A stretch of DNA of 64,000 bases from Phoronis australis (taxonomy: Eukaryota > Animalia > Phoronida). Shown in pieces: positions 12,801 to 24,337 of the stretch. The notes beneath the pieces are model-generated. The model did not search any database, was not told the DNA's origin, and worked only from the letters and a program-made list of their open reading frames with translations. Position 1 is the stretch's first letter; each line of letters opens with the position of its first letter. The stretch lies in assembly GCA_002633005.1 (NCBI GenBank), contig NMRA01000190.1:434001-498000 (forward strand). The letters run 5' to 3'. The translations under genes were made by a program, and so were the position numbers.

Positions 12801-15800
12801 CTAGGGTACTACACAACATTAAGAGTAATATTTGTGGTATTAAAACAACTGCAACAGGAGGCCAAATGCTACCCCAGTATGAGGGCAGTCACCCTGCAGT
12901 CTGTTGACAGTTCAGACCTATTTACATTGCTTATTGATCATGGCTGCTGTTAGTGCAGGGCCGTTAACTTTATGAAGTCCAAAATATAATCGCCAATAAT
13001 TAACCCACTTAGTGTGTAAGGTTAATGCTGAATGTAAATTTATTTTCACAATCTTATTTGTTACTTAATCCATAGATCTACTCAAAATTATTGTTCTTTC
13101 TGATTTTCATGGCTAATTCTTTGAATGAAGTACAAGTTAAAAACTCACTTCTAGATGTGAACTGTGTATAGAAGTTAGAAGTTTTAACTGCTTCAAGAAG
13201 TATTCATGACATTAGTTTGCAACATGGTTTATGTTCTTCTCAACAGGGGGCTGCTCTGCTGGGAGGAGTCAATGCCTTGCATACCTCGTTCCCAGAGAAT
13301 CCACAAGAAGAATACAGTCGTCAAGGTAAAATTTCAAAACAGGTGGTGTCCTTTTGAAAATCAATTGTGCAAGGGATATCTTACTTTTGTGGCATCATGG
13401 GCATCTTATTTACAATTTTTAATCTAGTTTTTCTGTTTTGACAATTTTTAGTGAAATTGCTTTCTTCCTGCTTGTAAACAGGTCTGCATTGGTGATCAAA
13501 GATGTTTAACTCAGTTTTGTGTCCCAAAGTTAAATAGCTATTAATATCTGTTCTAATGACTCAAATGAGATGGCTTTTTACATGTGAATGATGGCTGACC
13601 ATTCAGGCCATGAAGCCTCTTTGGTGGTAATGCAGGACTGTGACCTGCTGTTTCATGCAAATATTAGAATTCAAGGATTCTTTTATATCTCAGTAGAAAA
13701 GTACTGTTATTCCTTGAACTCCCAGCTGTTGTGCGTGTTTGAGATTCAATTACTGGTGTTTATCTCAACGTAAGATGTAAATAAATCATTGATATCATCA
13801 ACAGTGGTAACACATGGGACTTGAAACCCAGGGTCATATTCAATAATTCAGCAAGTCACTCGCAGTTATTAAGTTTGTTTATTTGGTAGTCCATATTTAG
13901 AAATGCGCTGAAAAATAGTTAGCATATTCTCACTAGAATCATCTTCAATCAGTATGCTGTTCATTTTTTTATAGTTATAGAACTTTTATGTGAATAATGA
14001 AGTACAAAAGTAATTAAAAGGAAATAATTGTGATTGAAATTTCTGAATTTGTTGGGAATGCCATTGGTTGTGGACATTTGTATAGAAATTTCAAACTCAA
14101 TAAAACCTGAATTTGTGTAGCATTTTCCAAACTCAATAAAACCTAACAGTTTGTCATGTCAACAATTGCCTAAGCTATTACCAGGTCTGCAAAACCTTTT
14201 TGTTAAAGTTGGACCTAGATTCGCATGTCAAGTTATGTGCTCAAGTGGGAATTGAAGTCTCAGATTAAGATAAAGAATTAGGGTGTTTCCATTACAAATG
14301 TCTTGTTTAGTGTCAACCTCAGATATCAGTGGTTTCCAAATCCAGATAACGATCCAGTCTGTTGTAAAGCATTCTCATATCAGGGCTCGGAATATTCCTC
14401 GTTAAGAGTATTTCATCTTTTTTGGTTTCTATTTTCTCTTATTTGATTTCCAGCTTCTGCTTTTTGCCTCCTTTTTATCATTATTTTGACTATTCATGCA
14501 AAAACGTTCATTTCAATTAAATTTGGCAACACAAAAAACATGTCTATCACACAAGCCTATTTGATTGTGGAATGATACCTCACCCGGAAATTTTCCTTTT
14601 TTGTCCCGAGTAATTTCAAATCCCGTCGTATTCTTTTGTCAGGCATTATGACTCACATACCAATTTCCCATCATGCTTCAGAAAGTTAGTTCAGCCATTG
14701 TGTTATTGACATGAGGTCATTGCTAACACAGTAGTTGCCCTTTTATTTTGGACAGGCCAATGAGCTGCCAGTGCTGCAAGCAGCAAGTGAAAAGAGACAC
14801 ACGTGCTTACTTGCTTACTCTACTTGGGTGTCCAAATGCTGAACCGGGGCGTTCTAGCTAGGAGGGCGACTATATTTGACTTAGAGTGTCTATTTTGATA
14901 CCCTGGACACAAGCTAGAAAAATGCCTGCCCTCCCCTCCTTTTCACTTCTGCACTAAGTTTGCAAAGCAGAAAATGTTATGGTGTTTAAATATTTTCCCA
15001 CGTCACGAGTTTGAATTGTTCAGTTCATGGATTTACCATTTGTCTATTTGTAGCGAATGCAATCCTCAATATTCTTGGACTGCAAAACTTGTTGGATAAT
15101 GGCAAATGTCCTGAGACATCTGGTGTGGAAGGTGGAAACTTACAGGAGGCTAATGTGGCCATAGCAGAAGAGGCACAGTCAAATGTTCCTAAAGTAGCCA
15201 ACAGGTGCATATTTCTTCAAGTTTGCTGTTGACAATTTCCACAATTCTTTTGTGCTAACTGAATGAATAATTACTGAAAGACAAACAAGAACTGTGTACT
15301 TAGACGAGTTTTGCGAATCATGTCTTAAGTGGTGACATATCATTATACATTGTAGAGTTGTTCTTAGCAGAAGGAAAGCCGTATCTGCTTCACATTCTAC
15401 ACAGAGTGGCAACGTGTCAGCACATGGTGGTAGTCCGTCAATATCTGAAGATGACTTTTCTAGGAGCAGAATGTCACAAGTGTCATCTGCTGTCGTCACT
15501 GAAACAATGACGTCTGTGTCACAACTCCTGAACCAAACTGTGAATGGAGACGATAGCATAGTGGATGGTAACGAATCTGTGGTCGAGGAACAAAAGCATG
15601 AAAGAAATAGGAAGACCTCAAATGAGGAATTTGTTGGAAATGATTTGTGGCAAAAACAGACAACAACTATCAAAGGACAAGTATCTACCAGGGGAGAGTC
15701 ACCGCAGAGATATAACATAACGTTACACACAGATCTTAATGGCGGTGTTAGCTCCTTGGGTAAGAATGATGCCTCAAACAAAAGTAACGACCTAAAGAAA

Positions 15801-16544
15801 AAACAGGACACTCAAGAATGCGAGTCCAGTTTGTTGAAAGACTCTGATGTGACAGAGATAACAGAGAATGAGTGCGTTGGCCCGCCAGACATGGCAATTT
15901 CACCGACACTGCCACAGCAATGTCAAAGGTCAGTGTCTCAGAAAACTCTGAACATTCTACAAAGGTTCTCATTCCCTGGTGAGGGGCCTAACAGGAAACC
16001 GCAGTCGGATTGTGTTACATCGCGTGGACCTAAACATTCCTTCACTTCAAGTGGTAAACCTGAAACAACTGCTAAAACTAATTCATGTAGCACCATTAGT
16101 GGATCTGTGGACACTAAGAAAGCTTCATCCGACTATGAGTCAGTTATGTCTGAGCACACTGAACGCATGTCGAGGTTTGGCAATACACAAGTTAAAATAC
16201 GTCCTTCAAGTCAAACTAGACAATTCAACCACTTTAGTCAGCAAAGTACGTCCAATAGTTGTTCAACTTCACCTATTCTTCCCCAGATAGACAACACACC
16301 CTCATTTTTGGAGGCAATGAAAGGATTATGCAAAGACACTGGGGAAAGTGAACTGGTCACGTCTCCACTGACAGATTCAAGATCTGGACACAAAGTTGTT
16401 AAAAGAGTAATGCAACATAGTCAAACAAAGACGTCTCCTTTGCTAAATGGCAATATGTTTGCAAGTAACGATTTAACTGATGAAGATTTCGATTTAGATA
16501 TTGACTGGAGTACTTCAAAAAGGAGAAAAATAAATATTCCTTGA
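667..16544 (+). CDS. MCM9: DNA helicase MCM9, 5'-partial; join(667..808,1299..1410,2206..2294,2675..2777,3469..3616,4477..4606,5376..5522,6006..6179,6654..6800,7832..8048,8834..8930,10110..10210,11448..11530,13247..13325,15054..15204,15356..16544)
   Basis: The 16 exons have GT-AG boundaries and consistent phases, and total 3109 nt (1 nt plus 1036 codons including stop). The translation follows MCM9 throughout: [15 protein letters not shown], zinc finger CTQC...CPSETGEC, Walker [10 protein letters not shown], Walker B CCIDEF, arginine finger [23 protein letters not shown], and a long disordered C-terminal extension ending in an acidic DFD.DW motif. Confidence 0.96.
1299..1410 (+). CDS. MCM9: MCM9 coding exon
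   Basis: Boundaries ctacag| and G|gtaaat. Encodes [37 protein letters not shown]. Confidence 0.93.
2206..2294 (+). CDS. MCM9: MCM9 coding exon
   Basis: Boundaries ttgcag| and |gtaatg. Encodes [27 protein letters not shown] (first zinc-finger pair). Confidence 0.93.
2675..2777 (+). CDS. MCM9: MCM9 coding exon
   Basis: Boundaries ctacag| and |gtattt. Encodes [22 protein letters not shown]. Confidence 0.93.
3469..3616 (+). CDS. MCM9: MCM9 coding exon
   Basis: Boundaries ccacag| and |gtactg. Encodes [42 protein letters not shown]. Confidence 0.95.
4477..4606 (+). CDS. MCM9: MCM9 coding exon
   Basis: Boundaries ttacag| and |gtacag. Encodes GVVLQRW...[19 protein letters not shown]. Confidence 0.92.
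5376..5522 (+). CDS. MCM9: MCM9 coding exon
   Basis: Boundaries ttccag| and |gtagaa. Encodes EFEQFW...[32 protein letters not shown]. Confidence 0.95.
6006..6179 (+). CDS. MCM9: MCM9 coding exon (Walker A)
   Basis: Boundaries ttatag| and |gtgagg. Encodes [24 protein letters not shown]...[12 protein letters not shown]. Confidence 0.96.
6654..6800 (+). CDS. MCM9: MCM9 coding exon (Walker B)
   Basis: Boundaries ttatag| and |gtaact. Encodes [25 protein letters not shown]...[14 protein letters not shown]. Confidence 0.96.
6730..7001 (+). repeat. Tandem duplication (~134 bp x2) spanning the 3' half of an MCM9 exon and its splice donor
   Basis: 6730-6863 is repeated at 6864-7001 with a few substitutions and a 2-nt insertion. 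Confidence 0.92.
7832..8048 (+). CDS. MCM9: MCM9 coding exon (arginine finger)
   Basis: Boundaries ttccag| and |gtaggt. Encodes [21 protein letters not shown]...LLSRFD. Confidence 0.95.
8834..8930 (+). CDS. MCM9: MCM9 coding exon
   Basis: Boundaries tttcag| and |gtggtg (weak donor). Encodes [22 protein letters not shown]; phases fit both neighbours. Confidence 0.88.
9724..9864. mobile_element. Short MITE, PIF/Harbinger-like
   Basis: Imperfect 17 bp TIRs (ggttccgtttcatgaaa / tttcatgaatcggagtc) flanked by ctg on both sides (3 bp TSD). Confidence 0.5.
10110..10210 (+). CDS. MCM9: MCM9 coding exon (sensor 2)
   Basis: Boundaries ttgcag| and |gtaata. Encodes [10 protein letters not shown]...[17 protein letters not shown]. 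Confidence 0.93.
11448..11530 (+). CDS. MCM9: MCM9 coding exon
   Basis: Boundaries caacag| and |gtcagt. Encodes [28 protein letters not shown]. Confidence 0.94.
12193..12350 (+). mobile_element. tRNA-derived SINE remnant
   Basis: Perfect B box GGTTCGAGTCC at 12247, a degenerate A box upstream, and a following cccttgag segment typical of SINE bodies. No complete cloverleaf. Confidence 0.55.
12600..12818 (-). mobile_element. TTAA-flanked non-autonomous DNA element end (Kolobok-like family); related copies near 43642-43810 and 63128-63300
   Basis: The reverse complement (ttaa tgttgtgtagtaccctag...catatctcagacatggc...) aligns by eye with ttaa ggttatgtatggccctag...catatctcagaaatggc at ~63124, and more loosely with ~43645. 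Confidence 0.45.
13247..13325 (+). CDS. MCM9: MCM9 coding exon
   Basis: Boundaries caacag| and |gtaaaa. Encodes [26 protein letters not shown]. Confidence 0.94.
14381..14610 (-). mobile_element. MITE (CAGGGCT termini), same family as 39929-40169, opposite orientation, one end eroded
   Basis: Aligns over ~230 bp with the reverse complement of 39929-40169. Confidence 0.75.
15054..15204 (+). CDS. MCM9: MCM9 coding exon (start of C-terminal extension)
   Basis: Boundaries ttgtag| and |gtgcat. [14 protein letters not shown] corresponds to CELILEKLELQSLL; phases fit. Confidence 0.82.
15356..16544 (+). CDS. MCM9: MCM9 terminal coding exon (disordered C-terminal extension)
   Basis: Acceptor ttgtag| in phase 2 leads into the 376 aa Ser/Thr-rich ORF. 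It ends [28 protein letters not shown], resembling the MCM9 C-terminus. Confidence 0.85.
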
Positions 16545-17409
16545 AAATAGATTTTATTTGTAATTTCCCTAGTTGCTACCTCTGTGTATGAATGGATAGT
16601 TTGCAACTTATCAATTAAAATTAGGATGAAAAACAATTGAGAACAATAACGTAACAACATGGGCATACAAATCTTGTTTTTATTCCTTTATGAATTTAAC
16701 TCATTGTTACACCGATAAGTTATTGTACTCTGTGATTCCACGGTGTATTTTTAGAGTAAGATTGCATGTGTGACCATTACGTCACAACACTGCACTTCAG
16801 TTTGACTTTTATGATTCTGGAACAAGTACTCCAGCTCTCGGTTAAAGCAACCATGTTCTGGTGTTAAAAATATCAACTTTCTTTGTATTTGCTCTCCCAG
16901 TGCAACATCATCTCGTTATTTTCCTTTTATTGAATTGAAATTGAGTTACAATGGAATTTCTGATAGCCATGTTGCTTTTAAAGAAGACTAGTTGATACTT
17001 CTAGTTTATCGTTCCTTTAAATAAGACAAGTTGATACTTCTAATTTATTGCTCCTTTGGTTTGCCCACAGTTGTACAATCCGAGTTGAGCCCATTGGCAG
17101 GCTTTTGGTACATTAAACTGATTGTTAGTTGGTCCATCTTAGTTTGAAGTTGGGTTTACAGGCCTCTGAAAGTGTGCATAGTCTTGCTGATTGAGCAGAG
17201 ACTTATCTGTAGTCTGGTTTTAATAGTTAGTTTTGGCTAATGAAAGTTAGGTGGAGCTGCAAAATATCTCATCCCATGTTAACTTTTGATATCCCACACG
17301 ACATTATTCAAGCTATCCAGAACCATTGGTAAGAAACACAATAGTTGTTGCTAACAAAAAAGTTTCAAGTGTCCAGTGAAAGAAACAAGTATGATCGTTT
17401 CTAAAAACA

Positions 17410-20400
17410 CAAGGTGTTAAGCATGATTTATTCGTGTCAATAAGACAACCTTATACAATAAACGATACAATGTACCCTGAATACAGGGGCTATACAATTG
17501 ACAAATAAAACAGTGGATATGGATACAGTTCACCTGCATTATCAGTAGATTACACTTTTCAACACACTCAGTATACTGGTAATCAAATGCAGTGTCTTCC
17601 CTTGTAGTGTTCAAATAGACACACGCACTAGCATGTTGCGCTGAATGTGCTAGAAAACAAGTTTTGCGTTCAACCACGTGTATTTTTCCTTTTATGTGCC
17701 CCGGGTGTATTTTGAGGGGAAATGTTCCTTGTATACACCTACTGGTCATATACTTAGATGGGGTTACAAATGGAAATCTAGTAAGAAATCACTGGAGCCC
17801 GGTTCTAATGAACGAGAGATGTGCGAACCAATAGCTAACCACCACCTGGCTCTCCATGAAGTGGGTAGACAGGTTTCAGTTTACATGGGGTGGCGCAAAG
17901 CAACACTTGACTTCGTGAAGAGAACCTTAAAATCTATAAGGACATACTTCAGAGCACATTTGGCTTCTCGTAATCAAAGACACCATCAGTCGCCAGGGGC
18001 ACAAGATCAATCCGCATTGATTCTCAGTTATCTCCCATTGCCCATCTCATTCCTTGGGCAATACATGTTCTGTTCAATTATTCAACATGCCATAGTTTGG
18101 AGCAAGAAAAGGCATTTTGATGCAATAAAAAATTGCTTTCAAATCTCAATTACCGGACAAAACATGTGGTTTTTCTCAGTGATCTAAGTAACCGGCTCCC
18201 AGTCATTTGAAAAACAATGGTGAAGTCCTAGTTTGGTCAGTGGGCTCTGGTCATATGGAAGTTGTTCCCACCGACTTTAATCCAAACAATTAAAAGAGAT
18301 TTCCTCACAACCTAAAATTCAAACTATAAACCAAGTTACTCAACCACAAGAATGTGTCAAAACTTCATTTCATGGCAGAAGATGTACATCATTGATTGCT
18401 GTTCAGGACACTCGCATAGATTTTGACACTTTGCCAACCTTTGCAAAATGTCACAGCTTCAAACCAATGTCAGAGTACACGCTTTCCAACTTGTTTCTTG
18501 ACAAGAAAATTTTGATACCAGTTCATAAAAATCGAACTATACCATGGTTTTTATTATTTTCATGTTCATCTGTAAATTGTTAAGAAGTGTCCCTTCAAGT
18601 GGTCTTAAAACATTTTTCAAACACCAAACAAACTTTTAAAAGTGCCTCTTTAAAAACATGGTACAAGGCAGACACCACATTTGAACTTCCTAATCCAGTC
18701 GGCTACATTTACAATATCTTGTGTTTAGAATAGACACGCTAACTTTCCACTGTTCTGCGCAATTCATTCTGGCCACACAGCTGTGATGGTAGTGTGACAG
18801 TTACTGCCATCTATTGACTACTGAAAGACATTCTCACGCTACGCCAAACTCACTGCAACTTTAACAGACACGTACACTTAGGCAGAAAAACATTGACTAA
18901 TTGAACCCAGGCCTCATCAGAGTAACAATAAATATTGTCAAATAATTTAAACACGGTCATCTTCATCATCATATGCGAGATGCTGTTGACAGGACTTGAC
19001 TCATCCAATAACTTAACTTAATACTAATCTCAAAACACTCCAGTGCCAAAGTTATCTTAAGGTTATGAGCAACATTAACACACAAAATATATACGTTTTC
19101 TTTTATTAGTCCATCACATCTTAGAAGTGCCCAGGACTGTATTCAAATGTAATTTCTAGAAATTCTCATTTATGCATTGTAGGCATTGGTTTCTAAACTG
19201 TTCTCACTTTTGTATCAGATGCTGTCAACAATTGGAGCAATGCATCAGATGCTATCAACAATTGCAGCAATGCAACAGATGCTATCAACAATTGGAGCAA
19301 TGCATTAGATGCTATCAACAATTGGAGCAATGCATTAGATGCTATCAACAATTGGAGCGATGCATCAGATGCCATCAACAATTGGAACAATGCATCAGAT
19401 GCTATCAACAATTGGAGCAATGCATCAGATGCTATCAACAACTGCAGCAATGCATCAAATGCTATCAACAATTGCAGCAATGCATCAGATGCTATCAACA
19501 ATTGGAGCAATGCATCTGATGCTATCAACAATTGGAGCAATGCATCAGATGCTATCAACAACTGCAGCAATTCATCAAATGCTATCAACAATTGCAGCAA
19601 TGCATCAGATGCTTTCAACAACTGCAACAATGCATCAGATGCTATCAACAATTGGAGCAATGCAACAGATGCTATCAACAATTGGAGCAATGCATCAGAT
19701 GATATCAACAATTGGAGCAATGCAATGTTACTGGATAATCACGAGCAGCATAAAACGCATAATTTAGAGAACGAACATTTCGTGAGTTTTCATCTTAATA
19801 AATATTTACATCAAAAGAAATTTAGTCATGTTGCTGAAACTGTGGCATGGTAATTTTAAACATACTTTCATTTTCCTTTAATTTTGCTAAAAAGACATTT
19901 TAAAACGACCACAATCGGAAAGAAATTTTTTATAAACACACTGCTCATGTAAACAATTGTGTGTATCACTCGTTCGCTGTGGCTCAACTCAAACACGTCA
20001 ACCTATAACCGACAATGCTTTTTGGTTAATATTGTGTTTAATGGAATTCTTTCCCCTTGAAGTTGCTTATAAGAAATTTTAGACACGAGAATGTACATTA
20101 ATCTATGGCAGATTGATACTAAGTTAAAATTAAATTTTTGCTTTTTGCATTAACAAAATATATAGTATATTGGCGAATACTGTAATTAATAGATATTTAT
20201 CTAAATGCATACTAGCTGGTAATGTCACTCATAACCTTAAGGAGACAACACCTTTCTACAATGCACGCTCACAATTCACTAAAATTTCCCATCACCTCAA
20301 CCAAATCTCTGCAACCTTAACATTAGCCTAATCAATTTCCAGCGCGAATGCTGGCTAATCAAGAGTAAAATGTTTGATTTATGATAAGTATGAATGACGT

Positions 20401-22947
20401 CACACGATTATGATCTTTTTAACAAAAGGGATCACAGAACGGGGTTTTCTTACCAGAAGTGTGAGATTCAACATTTAACATTACGAAAAGAAACATTGTG
20501 CACAGAAAAATTGGTAAAAACACGAAAATTCGTAGGAGGCACTAATATACATATACATACCATAATATATAAAACAAATAATATGTACACATTACACACA
20601 TGACAAGGTATATAGGTATATAGGCAAACAGTCTGATAGTATGACGGTGTCTGCTTGACTACAGACGCTTACTATACATATACAAAATACATAATTATGG
20701 ATGTTACGAAGGTGAGCTAATGGCAATCTAAACCTAAGAACCGTATCCCGTGACAATACTGAGAGGTACAACTACATATTCAAGTGCTGAACATTCCATG
20801 GTGCATATTCTTATTATATAGTTTTTAATGCAGTTTCAACAACAACGATCTCAGAATTATTCAACGTTAACAAAAACTCGAGACTAAATCACTGTATTCA
20901 GATATCAACTAGTCCTAAAGTCATCCTATCAGCTATAGATCATTGGAATCAAATTTAAATAAAAAAATTCTTTGCACACCCAACCAAATGTATGCCATAG
21001 TATTATCAAAGTACTTCACAAACTGACAAAATATTTAAATTAGGTAACAGAAATTGTCTTTGAGACTACTTCCATGGAGACACAACCACAGTGATAATCA
21101 CAATACCTTACAAAATAAGAAGCTACCTGTCAGATTGTCACACCTGATGTATTAAGGTTAGCTAGCATGTTAGTCTTAGGAGAACGTCATAATCGTAGCT
21201 ATTCTATGGAGTCACAAATACACCACCAACACAGAATGAATGGTAATTCACCACCTATATAGCACAAAAATAATTGCTAAAATCATCTTTTCTATTCTTT
21301 AATGGCTGACTATGCTGCTATAAATACGTACAGTAGATTTCAAGTCTCATTAAAGATTAACAAAATTTCTGCTTTCCATCCTAGTTTTTGCCAAACGAAT
21401 TTTGACAAAATTTGCAACTTACTTGTCTTTTAAAGCTACTGCATTGTTGTATATCTTTGTGTATTCAGAAATAAAATGTTTATATCAAAAAAGCTGCAGC
21501 AATCAAACCTTTATTAAGTGTTGCTACAACATCTGATGTACCATAGAAACCATGATAAGCATAAAGTGAATTTTTCTTGGTATTTGCTTAGGTTGAGAAT
21601 AAAATTGAATTCATCTGGCATGTTGTGTGCTACATAGGTGAGTTGCTGATTTTATGGCAAAGATGCATATGAATCTGAAACCAGTGATTTGAGGACAGGT
21701 TGGAAAAACAGATTTTCGCACCATAGACTTCTATAAACACCACAGAATGTTTTGCTGGCAAGAGGAAGCATACAAAACAATCATGTACACAAAGTAATTA
21801 TTCCACGAGCTGTACAAAACAGAAAAAAATAACACCAATAAGAAGATATTTTTACAGCCCATCACATCACCATGTATAATGACTGCATATTGATCTAAGA
21901 GCCCTAGAATAAAAACATTGTAGTCATGTGCCCTAACAGCATAGAGCTATTACCAACAACATATAGAACTACTCAGAACAGCATGTAGAAGTGTACTGGT
22001 GGCCGTCAGTTATTGCACATGCCCTGAATAACACGCACAACCTTATCATAAATAAATGAATGGTCAAACAAAACCAAGCTCAAGAGATTCAGATACTGAT
22101 AACATAAAACACAGGAGTTTCAAAACAAACTCAGTCAAGCATAACAGTATATAGCTTTAGAGATTACAAGTAGAAAACCGAACTCGTTTGTCTCTTTTGT
22201 AGCCGGTATCAATGCAACACGTCATACTTATTATACAGATGCAAAAGAAGGAGCAAACGGTTTTACAAAAGTGCTAATAAAAAGAAAGTTACACTATTAA
22301 GAGCACAGTAAGGTGATAGTTCTTCACCTATTTTGCACAAAAATAGTTGACAAAAGTGCAAAAGTTTCATCTATTATTATTTTTGTTAAGGAATTTGACA
22401 AAATTTCACCTGTCGCCTATATTGTATGCCAATAGGTGAAGAACTATTGTATGAGGTAGAACCGTGCCGTGCATGTAAAAGGTAAACTGCGAGATAGAAC
22501 CTTTCATTTAGAACCTGTAGCAATACCGAGTTGGATTTAGAGAAGATTACATCAAGGTGGCCTGCAGATGTGAAATAAATCTATACCAAAGGGTATTGAC
22601 AGAACATAAAACACTATGCTGGCAAAAGAGAATGCAATCAATCTCTTCAAAGTATGGATTCAAAGTCTGAGAAAGTGTTATGGTCAATAACTTCACCCGG
22701 GCTGCTGGCCAGCATCCGTTGGTTCTCATTTGCACAGGGCATCTAATGAAATTATAATCCTGTCTCACAGCCGTAGTCGATAACATCTATTCCTTCCACT
22801 TGTGAAAAAAACGCTTTTCGACACTTGGTGAGCCAGATGCTAGACACTGTGATTGGCTTGTTTGCATCGCTCTGCGGAGACGGCCTCGGGGACCTTGCAG
22901 GATCAATGGCTGATCAATACAGTACGACAAACGATAGCTGCTCATCT
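17410..22947 (-). other. Putative long terminal (mostly 3'UTR) exon of a minus-strand transcript
   Basis: Minus-strand acceptor ttatttctctaaatttgttgcag| at 22948, AATAAA at 17427-17432 on the minus strand followed by GT-rich sequence, and a T-rich minus-strand composition in between. There is no transcript evidence. Confidence 0.4.
19211..19724. repeat. 30 bp minisatellite, 17 copies (tgcatcagatgctatcaacaattggagcaa)
   Basis: 30 nt periodicity is directly visible and explains the repetitive ORFs in three frames. Confidence 0.97.
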
Positions 22948-23199
22948 CTGCAACAAATTTAGAGAAATAAGGCTAAATACTACAGGGAAGTGATCGAAGA
23001 CAAGACAGCTAACTAATGTTTGCTGAGCTTACATTCACAGGACAGTTCATACAAAAAACAAAGCACAATACCTACAATGACGACTGAATAAATTCAAACA
23101 GAAAGCTACAATCCCAAATGTTGAGCCCATAACCACCTGTGTACCTGTATGTTGATGAGCGACTCAAACAGAGGTGCACAAAACACCTATTGTTACTCA

Positions 23200-23468
23200 T
23201 TAGTATTGAGCAAGCTCAGACGTCACTCTCAGCAACACAACAGAATTGAGCAAACTCAGATGCTACTCTGTGTTAACCAACAGCATTGAGCAAGCTCAGA
23301 CACCATTCTCAGCTAAACAGATTTGAGCAAACCCAGATGCTACTCTGTGTTGACAAACAGCGTTGAACAAGCTCAAACACCATTCTCTGCTACGCAACAG
23401 AATTGAGGAAACTTAACATCGTTCTACCTTACACAACGGAGTTTAGAGGAAGATAACACCATTCTGCA
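23200..23468. repeat. Degenerate ~40 bp tandem array, ~7 units, alternating A/B variants
   Basis: A ttgagcaagctca-like core occurs at 23206, 23246, 23286, 23323, 23363 and 23403. Confidence 0.8.
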
Positions 23469-23960
23469 GTCGAATAAACCACCTGATGTCAAATGGTCTA
23501 GAAACGGAAAGTCAACTAGTGCATAAAAAAATCTGACCTAAAATAATTTTAAGTCAGTTGGCAGTTACACTTCTATGAGTTCTATTCTGAACAACTCCAT
23601 TCACCATACACACGCATTTAGACTTCTTCACATCCAGGGAATCGAACCATGAAATTGAGCACAAACGTCCAATAGAATAACAAGTAAAAACAGACAAAAA
23701 TCAATTCTTTGTCGACATATTAAGAATATCTAACGAATTAAAAATAGACAAAAACAACCACGAGATTTTAAAATCTAATTTTTACAAGATTGAGAAAATA
23801 AACAGCCCAGTAATGGGTATAACTTTAAACAGCATTGCCAAGTCGTAATTCCTTGCATCCAAGAAACTCTGAACATGAGGCTTGTGGGCTTGCACATGAG
23901 TAGGTCTGTTTGCGAAAATTTCCAGTCACACACGCAAGAACAAAGTGTATCAAAAACGGT

Positions 23961-24063
23961 AATGGTCTGATATAACGCGCCCGAATTTTGAGACCAGTTT
24001 TCTCCATTAAATAACAGGCACCAAACTGGTTCTCAAAATACGGGCACGTTATATCCGACTATT
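23961..24063. repeat. Inverted repeat with ~40 bp arms and a 22 nt loop
   Basis: 23961-24000 pairs with 24023-24063, with ~4 mismatches and one bulge. Confidence 0.85.
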
Positions 24064-24337
24064 GCCTCAAAAACAATTAATGGAAATGGTATCAAAAGCT
24101 TGATGCAAAGCATTGAAATGCCAATGACTGCATCGAAAACGGAATGCTCTTAGGTGGTTAAAACACAAATACGCAAAATAAGGCCATACTCGGTGGAGCA
24201 GAAGTCAAATCTGTCTGTAACGAGGAAATCGCTGTCATCTCCTTGACGAAAACTTATTTTGCCAAGTTTCGTGAACATCTACCAAGAAGCTTGGTACATA
24301 CAGAGCCACATGCAAAGAAAACCTGAATTGTCAGCTA

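Noticed and set aside
15179-15811. 210 aa minus-strand ORF
   Set aside because: Antisense shadow of the MCM9 terminal exons.
17678-18187. 169 aa plus-strand ORF downstream of MCM9
   Set aside because: GTG start, no recognisable homology, and no splice context linking it to MCM9.
19172-19767. Three long repetitive ORFs (115, 175 and 142 aa)
   Set aside because: By-products of a 30 bp minisatellite whose unit lacks stops in those frames; no independent coding evidence.
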